Positions 30,070 to 38,595 of a DNA stretch of 64,000 nt are shown here, in pieces. The DNA is taken from assembly GCA_900544625.1 (NCBI GenBank), contig UQVR01000001.1:29517-93516 (forward strand), read 5' to 3'. The stretch's first letter is position 1, and every line of letters starts with the position of its first letter. The notes below the pieces were generated by a model that was not told the origin of the DNA, ran no database searches, and was given only the letters and a program-made list of their open reading frames with translations. The stretch comes from an uncultured Mycoplasmatota bacterium (lineage in GTDB: Bacteria; Bacillota_I; Bacilli_A; RF39; UBA660). The translations under genes were made by a program, and so were the position numbers.

Positions 30070-31254
30070 ATGAGGGTAGCAGTAATTGGAGCTGGAGCTT
30101 CAGGTTTAATGGCAAGTTTGTTTGCATCCAAAAGTAATGATGTAGTAGTTTTTGACGGAAATAGTGATGCTGGAAAAAAATTATTACTTACTGGTAATGG
30201 AAGATGTAATATTGGTAATGTAAATAATGATTTAAGTAAATTTCATTCTAGTAATGATGAATTAATTAAACAAGTAATTAGTGAACAAAATATAAATATT
30301 ATTAAAAATTTATTTGAAAATATTGGACTTGTTATAAAAAATAAAAATGGCTATTTGTATCCATATAGTGAAAAGTCTAGTAGTGTTTTATCTGTTTTAA
30401 AAAGTGCTTGTATTAATAATAATGTAAAGTTTAAATTTAATTCAATTATTGATAAAATAGAAAAACTAAATGAAAAATTTTTAATAAATGATGAAGAATT
30501 CGATAAAGTAATTATTACTACTGGAGGGTGTAGTTATCCTAAGACTGGTAGTACTGGTATTGGCTATTTTTTTGCATCTTCTTTTGGTCATAACATTGTG
30601 CCTTTAAATCCAAGTTTGATGCCCGTTATAACTAATACAGGTCTTGAAAAAGACTGGGCTGGAAAAAGGTGTGAAGTTCTTGTTACACTTTTAGAAAATA
30701 ATAAAAAAATAAAACAGGAACATGGAGAAATACAATTTACTAATTATGGCTTAAGTGGAATTTGTGTTTTTAATTTAAGTAGAAATATTTGCATTGGATT
30801 AAAAAATGGTTCGAAAGAAGAAATATCTATTAACTTTATCCCTTGGTTAAATAATGAAACTTTAGAAACTTTTATAGAAAATAAAAATATATCTAAGAAA
30901 ACTATTTTCGAAGCATGTGATGGATTTCTTGATTATAAAATAACTGAAGTATTACTAAAATATTTAAAAATTAATAAAAATAAAAAATGGAATGAATTAA
31001 GTTATTTGGAAAAAAATAATTTTTGTAATACTTTAAAAGACTTTAAAATTGAAGTGGTTGGAACAAAGGATTTTTTAGATGCTCAAGTTACTAGTGGTGG
31101 TATTTGTTTAAATGAAATTAATCTAAATACTATGGAATCCAAGTTGGTTAAAAACTTATATTTTGCCGGTGAAGTGCTTGATTTAGATGGTGATTGTGGT
31201 GGCTATAATTTAACAATAGCTTTTATAACAGGTATGTTAGCAGGTGAAAAATGA
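30070..31254 (+). CDS. HI0933/BaiN-family flavoprotein (NAD(FAD)-utilising)
   Basis: Motifs VAVIGAGASGLMASL and TGNGRCN. The ribosome-binding site AAAGGAG lies 7 nt upstream. Confidence 0.8.
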   Translation: MRVAVIGAGASGLMASLFASKSNDVVVFDGNSDAGKKLLLTGNGRCNIGNVNNDLSKFHSSNDELIKQVISEQNINIIKNLFENIGLVIKNKNGYLYPYSEKSSSVLSVLKSACINNNVKFKFNSIIDKIEKLNEKFLINDEEFDKVIITTGGCSYPKTGSTGIGYFFASSFGHNIVPLNPSLMPVITNTGLEKDWAGKRCEVLVTLLENNKKIKQEHGEIQFTNYGLSGICVFNLSRNICIGLKNGSKEEISINFIPWLNNETLETFIENKNISKKTIFEACDGFLDYKITEVLLKYLKINKNKKWNELSYLEKNNFCNTLKDFKIEVVGTKDFLDAQVTSGGICLNEINLNTMESKLVKNLYFAGEVLDLDGDCGGYNLTIAFITGMLAGEK

Positions 31255-32807
31255 TAATAATTAAAAATATTAGAGTGTGTCCAAAAGAAAATATTGACAT
31301 AAAATACTTAGCTTCGAAAAAACTAAAAGTAAATCAATATGATATAAAAGATGTAACTATTCATAAAATGTCTATTGATGCTAGAAACAAGAAAATGTTT
31401 GCTTATGTATATGATTTGGATGTAACTATTGATAATGAGAATAAATATGTTGGTAAAGATGTAATTTTGGTAGAAAATGAAGATTATGTTTTACCTCAGA
31501 TGGGTAATAATATTTTAAGCAACAGGCCAATTGTAGTTGGGTCTGGTCCAGCAGGTCTTTTTTGTACTTATATGCTTGCTAAATACGGTTATAAGCCAAT
31601 ATTAATTGAACGTGGGGAAAAAATTGAAGATCGTGTTAAAAGCGTTGGAGAATTTTGGCAAAATAATAAATTTACTAAAAATAGCAATGTTCAGTTTGGA
31701 GAAGGAGGAGCTGGTACCTTCAGTGATGGAAAATTAAATACTTTAGTTAAGGATAAGGAAAATAGAATGCGGGAAGTATTTAAAATATTTGTGGAATGTG
31801 GGGCACCACAAGAAATTATGTATGATAGTAAGCCTCACATAGGTACAGATATATTAAGAAGTGTAATTATTAATATAAGAAAAAAAATATTATCTTTTGG
31901 GGGTGAAATTTATTATAATTCATTACTAGAGGATATAGTTATTAATAACGGAAAAGTTAGCCAAGTAAAAATAAATGGAAAATTAATTGGTACAGATATA
32001 TTAGTTTTAGCAATTGGACATTCTGCTAGAGACACATTTAAAATGCTTGTTAAAAATAATTTGAATTTAGTATCAAAACCTTTTGCTGTTGGAGTAAGGA
32101 TTATTCATCCTCAAGATATGATAAATGAAAATCAATATCCAATTAATTACCCTTTTTTGCCTCCGGCATCTTATAAACTGACTTATAAAAGTAAAAGTGG
32201 CCGTGGGGTTTATAGTTTTTGTATGTGTCCTGGAGGCTATGTAGTTAATGCTAAAAGTGAAAACGATGGCATTTGTGTTAATGGAATGAGTAATTATAAA
32301 AGAGATACAAAATACGCTAATAGTGCAATTGTGGTTACCGTTGGACCTAACGACTACGGTGTAAATATATTAGATGGTATGTATTTTCAAGAAATGATAG
32401 AAAAAAGAGCATATAAGATTTGTGATGGATTGATACCTGTTCAAGGTTATGAAGATTATAAAAATAATGTTGTTTCTAAAAATATTGATATAGATGCATT
32501 TAAAGGAAATATTGGCTATGGTAATATTAATGATATTTTTCCAGAGTTTATTAATGATAGTTTAAAAGAAGGAATAGATTATTTTGATAATAAAATTAAA
32601 GGCTTTAATGGTAAAGATGCAATTATAGCTGCTCCAGAAACTAGAACGAGTAGTCCAATAAGAATTTTAAGAGATGAAAATTTGGAAGCAAGTATTAAAG
32701 GAATATATCCATGTGGTGAAGGTGCTGGTTATGCCGGAGGAATTACCACAAGTGCTATGGATGGCATGAAAATATTTGAAAGTATCTATAAAACCTATAA
32801 AAATTAG
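31251..32807 (+). CDS. FAD-dependent protein (COG2509-like)
   Basis: Rossmann motif IVVGSGPAGLFCTYMLA. Confidence 0.7.
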   Translation: MIIIKNIRVCPKENIDIKYLASKKLKVNQYDIKDVTIHKMSIDARNKKMFAYVYDLDVTIDNENKYVGKDVILVENEDYVLPQMGNNILSNRPIVVGSGPAGLFCTYMLAKYGYKPILIERGEKIEDRVKSVGEFWQNNKFTKNSNVQFGEGGAGTFSDGKLNTLVKDKENRMREVFKIFVECGAPQEIMYDSKPHIGTDILRSVIINIRKKILSFGGEIYYNSLLEDIVINNGKVSQVKINGKLIGTDILVLAIGHSARDTFKMLVKNNLNLVSKPFAVGVRIIHPQDMINENQYPINYPFLPPASYKLTYKSKSGRGVYSFCMCPGGYVVNAKSENDGICVNGMSNYKRDTKYANSAIVVTVGPNDYGVNILDGMYFQEMIEKRAYKICDGLIPVQGYEDYKNNVVSKNIDIDAFKGNIGYGNINDIFPEFINDSLKEGIDYFDNKIKGFNGKDAIIAAPETRTSSPIRILRDENLEASIKGIYPCGEGAGYAGGITTSAMDGMKIFESIYKTYKN

Positions 32808-32837
32808 TTGATAAATTATTATTTGTTATGATATAAT
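32808..32837 (+). promoter_or_regulatory. Promoter TTGATA-18-TGaTATAAT
   Basis: Sequence ttgataaattattatttgttatgatataat. Confidence 0.5.
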
Positions 32838-32863
32838 CTTTAAGAAAGAAGTGAGGTGCGTTT

Positions 32864-32974
32864 ATGAAAACATTTAAGAAAAATTTACCTGAAGGTGTAA
32901 AAAAACAATTTGCTTTATATAAAGGTGTAAAAGTAAGATTAATTAACAAAAATAATAAAAAGAAAAGTAAATAA
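32864..32974 (+). CDS. 36 aa lysine-rich small protein (not in the ORF track)
   Basis: The ribosome-binding site GAAGTGAGGTG lies 6 nt upstream of the ATG. Product MKTFKKNLPEGVKKQFALYKGVKVRLINKNNKKKSK. Has its own promoter and terminator. Confidence 0.45.
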   Translation: MKTFKKNLPEGVKKQFALYKGVKVRLINKNNKKKSK

Positions 32975-32995
32975 TATATTTTCGATCAATTTTGA

Positions 32996-33024
32996 CAGGA
33001 AGAATGAAAATTCTTCCTTTTTTG
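32996..33024 (+). terminator. Rho-independent terminator
   Basis: AGGAAGAAT-gaaa-ATTCTTCCT followed by T6. Confidence 0.8.
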
Positions 33025-33087
33025 ATAAAATAATTTATTTATATAAAGAAGTGGATGTGGTAAAGTAGTGGGCAGGGAGTTGATTTA

Positions 33088-33561
33088 ATGAAGATTGTTA
33101 TTATAGTGTTTTTTTGTTTGTTATTATGTGGATGTAATTATAATATAGAAGCAATTGAAGAAAGTAATTATCATGAAGAAATACTAACTTATTATGGAGT
33201 ACTTATTATTCCTAAAATAAATATGTATTTAGGTTTTTATGATGAAAATAATAAAAATAATGATGTAAATAAAAATGTAATGTTGATTAATACTAATATA
33301 AAAAATACGTATTTATTAGCTGCTCATTCAGGAACAGGAAAATTAGCGTATTTTAATGATTTAAGATATCTTGATATTGGTGATGAAATTATTTTGAAAT
33401 TTAATAATAAAGTAAATCATTATATTGTAAGTAGTATTAGAAATGAAGTGAAAAATGGTAAAATTAATATAAAAATGGAAGAAAATCAAGTTATTTTAAC
33501 TACTTGTAATCAAATAAAGAAAGGATACCAATTAATTGTTGAAGGAAATTTAGTAAATTAA
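33088..33561 (+). CDS. Sortase-family transpeptidase-like protein with a lipoprotein signal
   Basis: Lipobox LLLCGCN. Catalytic-like His in LLAAHSGTG and Cys in ILTTC. Confidence 0.55.
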   Translation: MKIVIIVFFCLLLCGCNYNIEAIEESNYHEEILTYYGVLIIPKINMYLGFYDENNKNNDVNKNVMLINTNIKNTYLLAAHSGTGKLAYFNDLRYLDIGDEIILKFNNKVNHYIVSSIRNEVKNGKINIKMEENQVILTTCNQIKKGYQLIVEGNLVN

Positions 33562-33621
33562 TTGTTTTAACTATTAATTTTTTTAAATATTTGATATAAT
33601 TAACTGCAAGGAGATGTAGTT

Positions 33622-34017
33622 ATGGCAAAATCTAGAAGTGAACTTAGAAATATTATTATGGTTATTTTATATCAAATTGATATATATGAAACTCGTGGGG
33701 TCCCGTTTAATATTGATGAAGTAATAAAAGAGAATTTGAATGTGGATAATGAATTTGTTAAAGATATAGTTTATGGCGTAGCTACATATAAAAATAGTTT
33801 AGATGAAATTGCTAATAAATATATTGAAGGGTGGACCATTGATAGAATAGATAAAACTGGAGCTGCAATATTAAGAATGGGATTATATGAATTAAAATTT
33901 ACAGATACTCCAGAAATTGTTGTTATTAATGAAGCTATTGAATTAGCTAAGAAATATTGTGATGATTCTGTTAGAAAAATAATTAATGCAGTTTTAGATA
34001 AATATATTAAGGAATAA
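33622..34017 (+). CDS. nusB: Transcription antitermination factor NusB
   Basis: A 131 aa helical protein with NusB family motifs DRIDKTGAAILRMGLYEL. Confidence 0.85.
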   Translation: MAKSRSELRNIIMVILYQIDIYETRGVPFNIDEVIKENLNVDNEFVKDIVYGVATYKNSLDEIANKYIEGWTIDRIDKTGAAILRMGLYELKFTDTPEIVVINEAIELAKKYCDDSVRKIINAVLDKYIKE

Positions 34018-34018
34018 T

Positions 34019-34819
34019 ATGTTAATACCAATGAAAATAAAAAGAAATTTGGCTCATTATGATGGTAAGTTCATAAAAATTAAAGGTAAAGAATATTATT
34101 GTAAAAATGCTATGGATCCAGGAGATCAATTATTTGCTAATGCTATTGCAGAAAAACTTGGTATTATATGTGCAAAAGACTATATTATTGAGGTTGATGG
34201 AGATTATTATTATTTAAGTTATAGTTTTAATAATGATGGAATTTTTAAAGATGGAAATCGATTAGGGATTAAATCTAATGGATTATATGATATATGGATG
34301 TTCTTTGAAAAGAATTATCCAAATGATAGTGAAAAACTTACTTATCAATTAATTAGAGTTTATCTTTTTGATATTTTTATGATGAATAGTGATCGTAACC
34401 TAGGAAATTTAGGTATATTAATTCGTGATGGTGTAGCAGATTTATGCATTTTAGATAACGAATATGTTTTTAGTGATTTCGGAGCAAATTTATTACCAAA
34501 GTTATTTTTTGATGATAGGTTAAAAAGTTATAAGTGTGCTGATAGTTTAGATAATAGATTGCCTATATGTGTACTTAAAAATATTGAGTCTTTAGAGTAT
34601 TTTCTTGCAACTTCTGCTCAGGAATTTTATGATATTGTTTTAGAATTTTATAATACTTTAACTCCAGATTTAATTCTTTTGGAAATGAAAAAACTTAATA
34701 AAATGGGCTTTACTCTAGAAAATCAAGAACATTCTTTAATACTTTATAAAAAATATTATGAATTGATTGGAAACTTACTTTTAGAAAGGGGTATTTTAGA
34801 TGGAAAAAGACTATCTTAA
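34019..34819 (+). CDS. PI3K/PI4K-like (HipA-like superfamily) putative kinase, paralogue 1. Its catalytic loop reads SDRNLGN (His replaced by Asn).
   Basis: Alignable across its full length with the ORF at 36988-37797 (YYLSYSFNN, FDIFMxNxDRxxGN, FLxTS, YNxLTPD). Sits between nusB and xseA and overlaps both. Confidence 0.55.
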   Translation: MLIPMKIKRNLAHYDGKFIKIKGKEYYCKNAMDPGDQLFANAIAEKLGIICAKDYIIEVDGDYYYLSYSFNNDGIFKDGNRLGIKSNGLYDIWMFFEKNYPNDSEKLTYQLIRVYLFDIFMMNSDRNLGNLGILIRDGVADLCILDNEYVFSDFGANLLPKLFFDDRLKSYKCADSLDNRLPICVLKNIESLEYFLATSAQEFYDIVLEFYNTLTPDLILLEMKKLNKMGFTLENQEHSLILYKKYYELIGNLLLERGILDGKRLS

Positions 34820-36059
34820 TATTAGTGATTTAAATAATTATATAAAAAACATTTTAGATAAAGATTCTTTTTTAAATAAAGTTTATTTAAAAGGTGAAAT
34901 TAGTAATTTTAAAAATCATACCAGAGGACATTTATATTTTACTTTGAAAGATGATAATTCTAGAATAAGTGCTGTTATGTTTCAAAATAGTGCAATTAAA
35001 CTTACATTTGTACCTGAAGATGGGATGAATGTTTTAGTTGAAGGAAGAATAAGTGCTTATCCTGCACAAGGCAGTTATCAGATTTATATTGAAAAAATGG
35101 AACCTGATGGACTTGGTGCTTTATATATAGAATATGAAAAGTTAAAGAAAAAGTTAGCAAGTGAAGGATTATTTAACCCAGAACATAAAAAAGCAATTCC
35201 TAAATTTCCTGAAAAGATTGGAGTTATTACAGCATCAACTGGGGCAGCTGTTCGAGATATAATGAGTACAATTAGAAGAAGATATCCAATTTGTGAAGCA
35301 ATTTTATTTCCATGCTTAGTACAAGGATGTGATGCTGCGCCGGATATTGTTAGACAAATTAAAAAAGCTGATGCATTTGGTGTTGATACTATTATAGTTG
35401 GCCGTGGTGGTGGTTCTATTGAAGATTTATGGGCTTTTAATGAAGAAATAGTTGCGAAAGCAATTTATGAATGTAATACCCCGATTATAAGCGCTGTTGG
35501 ACATGAAATAGATTGGACGATTGCGGATTTTGTGGCTGATTTAAGGGCACCAACTCCAACAGGAGCTGCTGAAATGGCCGTACCCACTGTTATTGATATT
35601 AATACACTTTTAAATAATTATAAAATTAGACTTAATAAAAATATTAAAAATATGATAAATACTAAATTCATTAAATGGAGAAGCTTAAAAAATAGTTTTG
35701 TATTAAAAAATCCTATGAGTATGTATGAAATTAAAGAACAAAAATTAGATGCTTTGCTTGATAAATTAAATAAAGATATTAAAGTAATATTACAAAATAA
35801 TGAAATGAAACTAAATAAAATAAAAATGTCATACGTAATTCAAAATCCAATGAGTTTGATTGATAAGAAGAAAAATGAATATAATTTACTTATTAATACT
35901 TTGAAACTAGTAAATCCTCTTGGTATTTTAGAAAAAGGTTATTCTTTAGCAACTATTAATGATAAGGTAATTAAGTCAAGTAATGATGTAAATATTGATG
36001 ATATTATTAATATTAAATTACATGAGGGGAATATTAAAGCAAAGGTTGTAGAAAAATAG
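34800..36059 (+). CDS. xseA: Exodeoxyribonuclease VII large subunit
   Basis: N-terminal OB fold VYLKGEISNFKNHTRGHLYFTLKD and the catalytic core GRGGGSIEDLWAFNEE. Confidence 0.9.
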   Translation: MEKDYLNISDLNNYIKNILDKDSFLNKVYLKGEISNFKNHTRGHLYFTLKDDNSRISAVMFQNSAIKLTFVPEDGMNVLVEGRISAYPAQGSYQIYIEKMEPDGLGALYIEYEKLKKKLASEGLFNPEHKKAIPKFPEKIGVITASTGAAVRDIMSTIRRRYPICEAILFPCLVQGCDAAPDIVRQIKKADAFGVDTIIVGRGGGSIEDLWAFNEEIVAKAIYECNTPIISAVGHEIDWTIADFVADLRAPTPTGAAEMAVPTVIDINTLLNNYKIRLNKNIKNMINTKFIKWRSLKNSFVLKNPMSMYEIKEQKLDALLDKLNKDIKVILQNNEMKLNKIKMSYVIQNPMSLIDKKKNEYNLLINTLKLVNPLGILEKGYSLATINDKVIKSSNDVNIDDIINIKLHEGNIKAKVVEK

Positions 36060-36146
36060 GCTTGTGATACATTTTTGAACAAAAAATAAAAATAATATAC
36101 CAAAATAAAAATATGTAAATACAATTTAATTTAAGGGGGAATAAAA

Positions 36147-36974
36147 ATGAATGAATTAATATTAAATAATAGTATTTTTGAAAATATAAAACATATTGAT
36201 GAAAATGGTAATGAATATTGGTTTGCAAGAGAACTTCAAAATGTTTTGGAATATAAAAGATGGGATAAATTTAATAATGTAATTACTAATGCAACAATTT
36301 CTTGTAAGAATAGCAATTATGCTATTGATCACCATTTTTCCCAAGTGGGAAAAATGGTCGACATCGGATCAAAAACTTCCAGAAGTATTTCTGATTATAA
36401 ATTGTCCCGTTATGCATGTTACTTAATAGCTCAGAATGGTGATAGTAGAAAGAAAGTTGTTGCACTTGCTCAAACATACTTTGCTGTTCAAACTAGAAAA
36501 ATGGAAATTACTGAAAGAGAATATTCTACTTTAACTGAAGATGAGAAAAGATTTTATCAAAGAAATTTAACTAAAAGAGGAAACTATTCTTTAAATCAAA
36601 CTGCTAAAGGTGCTGGAGTTAAAAACTTTGATAAATTTCATAATTCTGGTTATAAGGGGTTATATAATGGTGAAACTGCTAATGATATAGCTAAAAGAAA
36701 AGGTTTAAGATATAGAGAAGATATCTTAGATAACATGGGTAGTGATGAACTTATTGCTAATTTGTTTAGAATATCTCAAACGGAACAAAAATTAAAAAGG
36801 GATAATGTAAAAGGAGAAACTAAAGCTAATGATGTTCATTATGAAGTTGGAAAAAAGGTAAGAAAAGCTATTGCTGATATTGGTGGAACCATGCCTGAAG
36901 AGTTTCCAACACCTGAAAAAAGTTTAAAAACATTAGAAAAAGAAAGTAAGAATAAATTAATAAATCATAGATAA
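36147..36974 (+). CDS. DinD/Bro-N-like (DNA-damage-inducible protein D family) protein
   Basis: The segment WFARELQNVLEYKRWDKFNNVI...SCKNS...DHHFSQ...DYKLSRYACYLIAQNGD follows the pattern of the DinD/phage antirepressor Bro-N family. Confidence 0.55.
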   Translation: MNELILNNSIFENIKHIDENGNEYWFARELQNVLEYKRWDKFNNVITNATISCKNSNYAIDHHFSQVGKMVDIGSKTSRSISDYKLSRYACYLIAQNGDSRKKVVALAQTYFAVQTRKMEITEREYSTLTEDEKRFYQRNLTKRGNYSLNQTAKGAGVKNFDKFHNSGYKGLYNGETANDIAKRKGLRYREDILDNMGSDELIANLFRISQTEQKLKRDNVKGETKANDVHYEVGKKVRKAIADIGGTMPEEFPTPEKSLKTLEKESKNKLINHR

Positions 36975-36987
36975 AGAAGGAATAAAT

Positions 36988-37797
36988 ATGAAACTAACTG
37001 AAAAGCAGAAAGCAGAATTATTATCTAAAGAGCATAATTATGTTGATATAGATGGTGTTCAATACTTTTGTAAAGTTGCTAAAAATGATTGTAATGAAAT
37101 ATTAGCGTATAGATTAGCAAGTCTTGTTGGTATTAATTGTCCACTTTATCACATTGTTAGAGTAAATAAAGACTTATATTATTTAAGTTATAGTTTTAAT
37201 AATTTAGGAAATTTTAAACGTGGAAAAGATTTAATTGGAATAGATTACTTTTCTAATACTATATATAATTTGTGGTATGTAGTAGAAAAAGAATATCCCA
37301 AAGAATGTAAAGATTTAATATTTGATTTAGTAAAAGTATTTATTTTTGATATATTTATGCTTAATGGAGATAGACATGCTGGCAATTATGCAATTGTAGA
37401 AGAAAATGGTAAACCTAACATTTATATATTTGATAATGAATCGATATTTGAATCTATTTTTAGAGTTGAATTAAGTCCTAAATATAGTAAAAGAGATTTT
37501 TTGGGAAATGGTACAAGAATAATAAATGATCCTAGTGCCACAATTGGAATGAAGCAAAATATGGAATTGTTAGAATATTTTTTAATTACTTCTTCTAAAT
37601 TATTTTGCGATTTAGTTATAGATTTTTATAATAAACTTACTCCTGATGTTGTGTATAATGTTATTTTAGAAGTAGAGAAGTTTACTGGAATAACTAATTA
37701 TGATAAAGATTATAATATGAAACTTTACAAGAAGAATTATGAGTTAATTGGTGATTTATTAAAAGATATGAATTTTATTAAAAAGGAAGGGAGATAA
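36988..37797 (+). CDS. PI3K/PI4K-like putative kinase, paralogue 2 (intact GDRHAGN catalytic loop)
   Basis: LNGDRHAGNYAIVEENGKPNIYIFDNESIF parallels the PI3K pattern GDRHxxN...IDFG. The conserved Lys lies in YFCKVAK. Confidence 0.55.
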   Translation: MKLTEKQKAELLSKEHNYVDIDGVQYFCKVAKNDCNEILAYRLASLVGINCPLYHIVRVNKDLYYLSYSFNNLGNFKRGKDLIGIDYFSNTIYNLWYVVEKEYPKECKDLIFDLVKVFIFDIFMLNGDRHAGNYAIVEENGKPNIYIFDNESIFESIFRVELSPKYSKRDFLGNGTRIINDPSATIGMKQNMELLEYFLITSSKLFCDLVIDFYNKLTPDVVYNVILEVEKFTGITNYDKDYNMKLYKKNYELIGDLLKDMNFIKKEGR

Positions 37798-37799
37798 AA

Positions 37800-38336
37800 A
37801 TGAATGATTTAAAATTAGTTATACCAGATAATAATGATAAGAAAAGCGCTCTTTTAATGCTTGATGAAATTAAAGCTGTTGATGCTGGGCTTCCATGGCA
37901 ATATTCAGGCCTTGCTAATTTGGAAGAGGCAACATCTTATGAAGATTGGGTTAAAGAAAAAACAAATGAAAAAAATGGTATTGATTTAAGAGATGGTTAT
38001 GTTCCGTGTACAACATTATTTTTAAAAAGAATGAGTGATAATAAAGTATGTGGTTCTATTAGTATTAGACACGAGTTAAATGACTTTTTATTTAAGTTTG
38101 GAGGTCATATTGGATATTCGATTACTCCGAGTGAACGTGGTAAAGGTTATGGTAAATTACAACTTAAAATGGGTTTAGAAATAGCTAAAAGTTTAGGTAT
38201 AAAAAATTGTTTAATAACTGCAGATGTTGAAAATATTGTAAGTAATAAGACTATTATTTCTGAAGGTGGAATTTTAGAAAATACTGTTATGTGGAATAAT
38301 GATCCTTTAAATAGGTATTGGATTAATTTAAAATAG
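37800..38336 (+). CDS. GNAT-family N-acetyltransferase
   Basis: Motif A HIGYSITPSERGKGYGKLQLKMGLEIAK. Confidence 0.7.
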   Translation: MNDLKLVIPDNNDKKSALLMLDEIKAVDAGLPWQYSGLANLEEATSYEDWVKEKTNEKNGIDLRDGYVPCTTLFLKRMSDNKVCGSISIRHELNDFLFKFGGHIGYSITPSERGKGYGKLQLKMGLEIAKSLGIKNCLITADVENIVSNKTIISEGGILENTVMWNNDPLNRYWINLK

Positions 38337-38367
38337 TTGGTATAATAATGATGAAAGGAAATAAGTT

Positions 38368-38586
38368 ATGGAAGAAAATAAGAATTTTGAAGAATCTTTA
38401 CAAGAATTAGAATGTATTGTAAAAGAACTTGAAAGCGGAAATGTTAATTTGGATGATGCAATAAATAAATATACACAAGCTATGAAATTGGCTAAATATT
38501 GTGGAGAAAAATTAAATGATGCCACTAAAAAAGTTAATAAAATCTTAACTGAAGATAATGAATTAAAAGAATTTAATGCAGAATAA
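38368..38586 (+). CDS. xseB: Exodeoxyribonuclease VII small subunit
   Basis: FEESLQELECIVKELESGNVNLDDAINKYTQAMKLAKYCGEKL is the canonical XseB coiled-coil motif. Confidence 0.85.
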   Translation: MEENKNFEESLQELECIVKELESGNVNLDDAINKYTQAMKLAKYCGEKLNDATKKVNKILTEDNELKEFNAE

Positions 38587-38595
38587 GGTGAGAAT

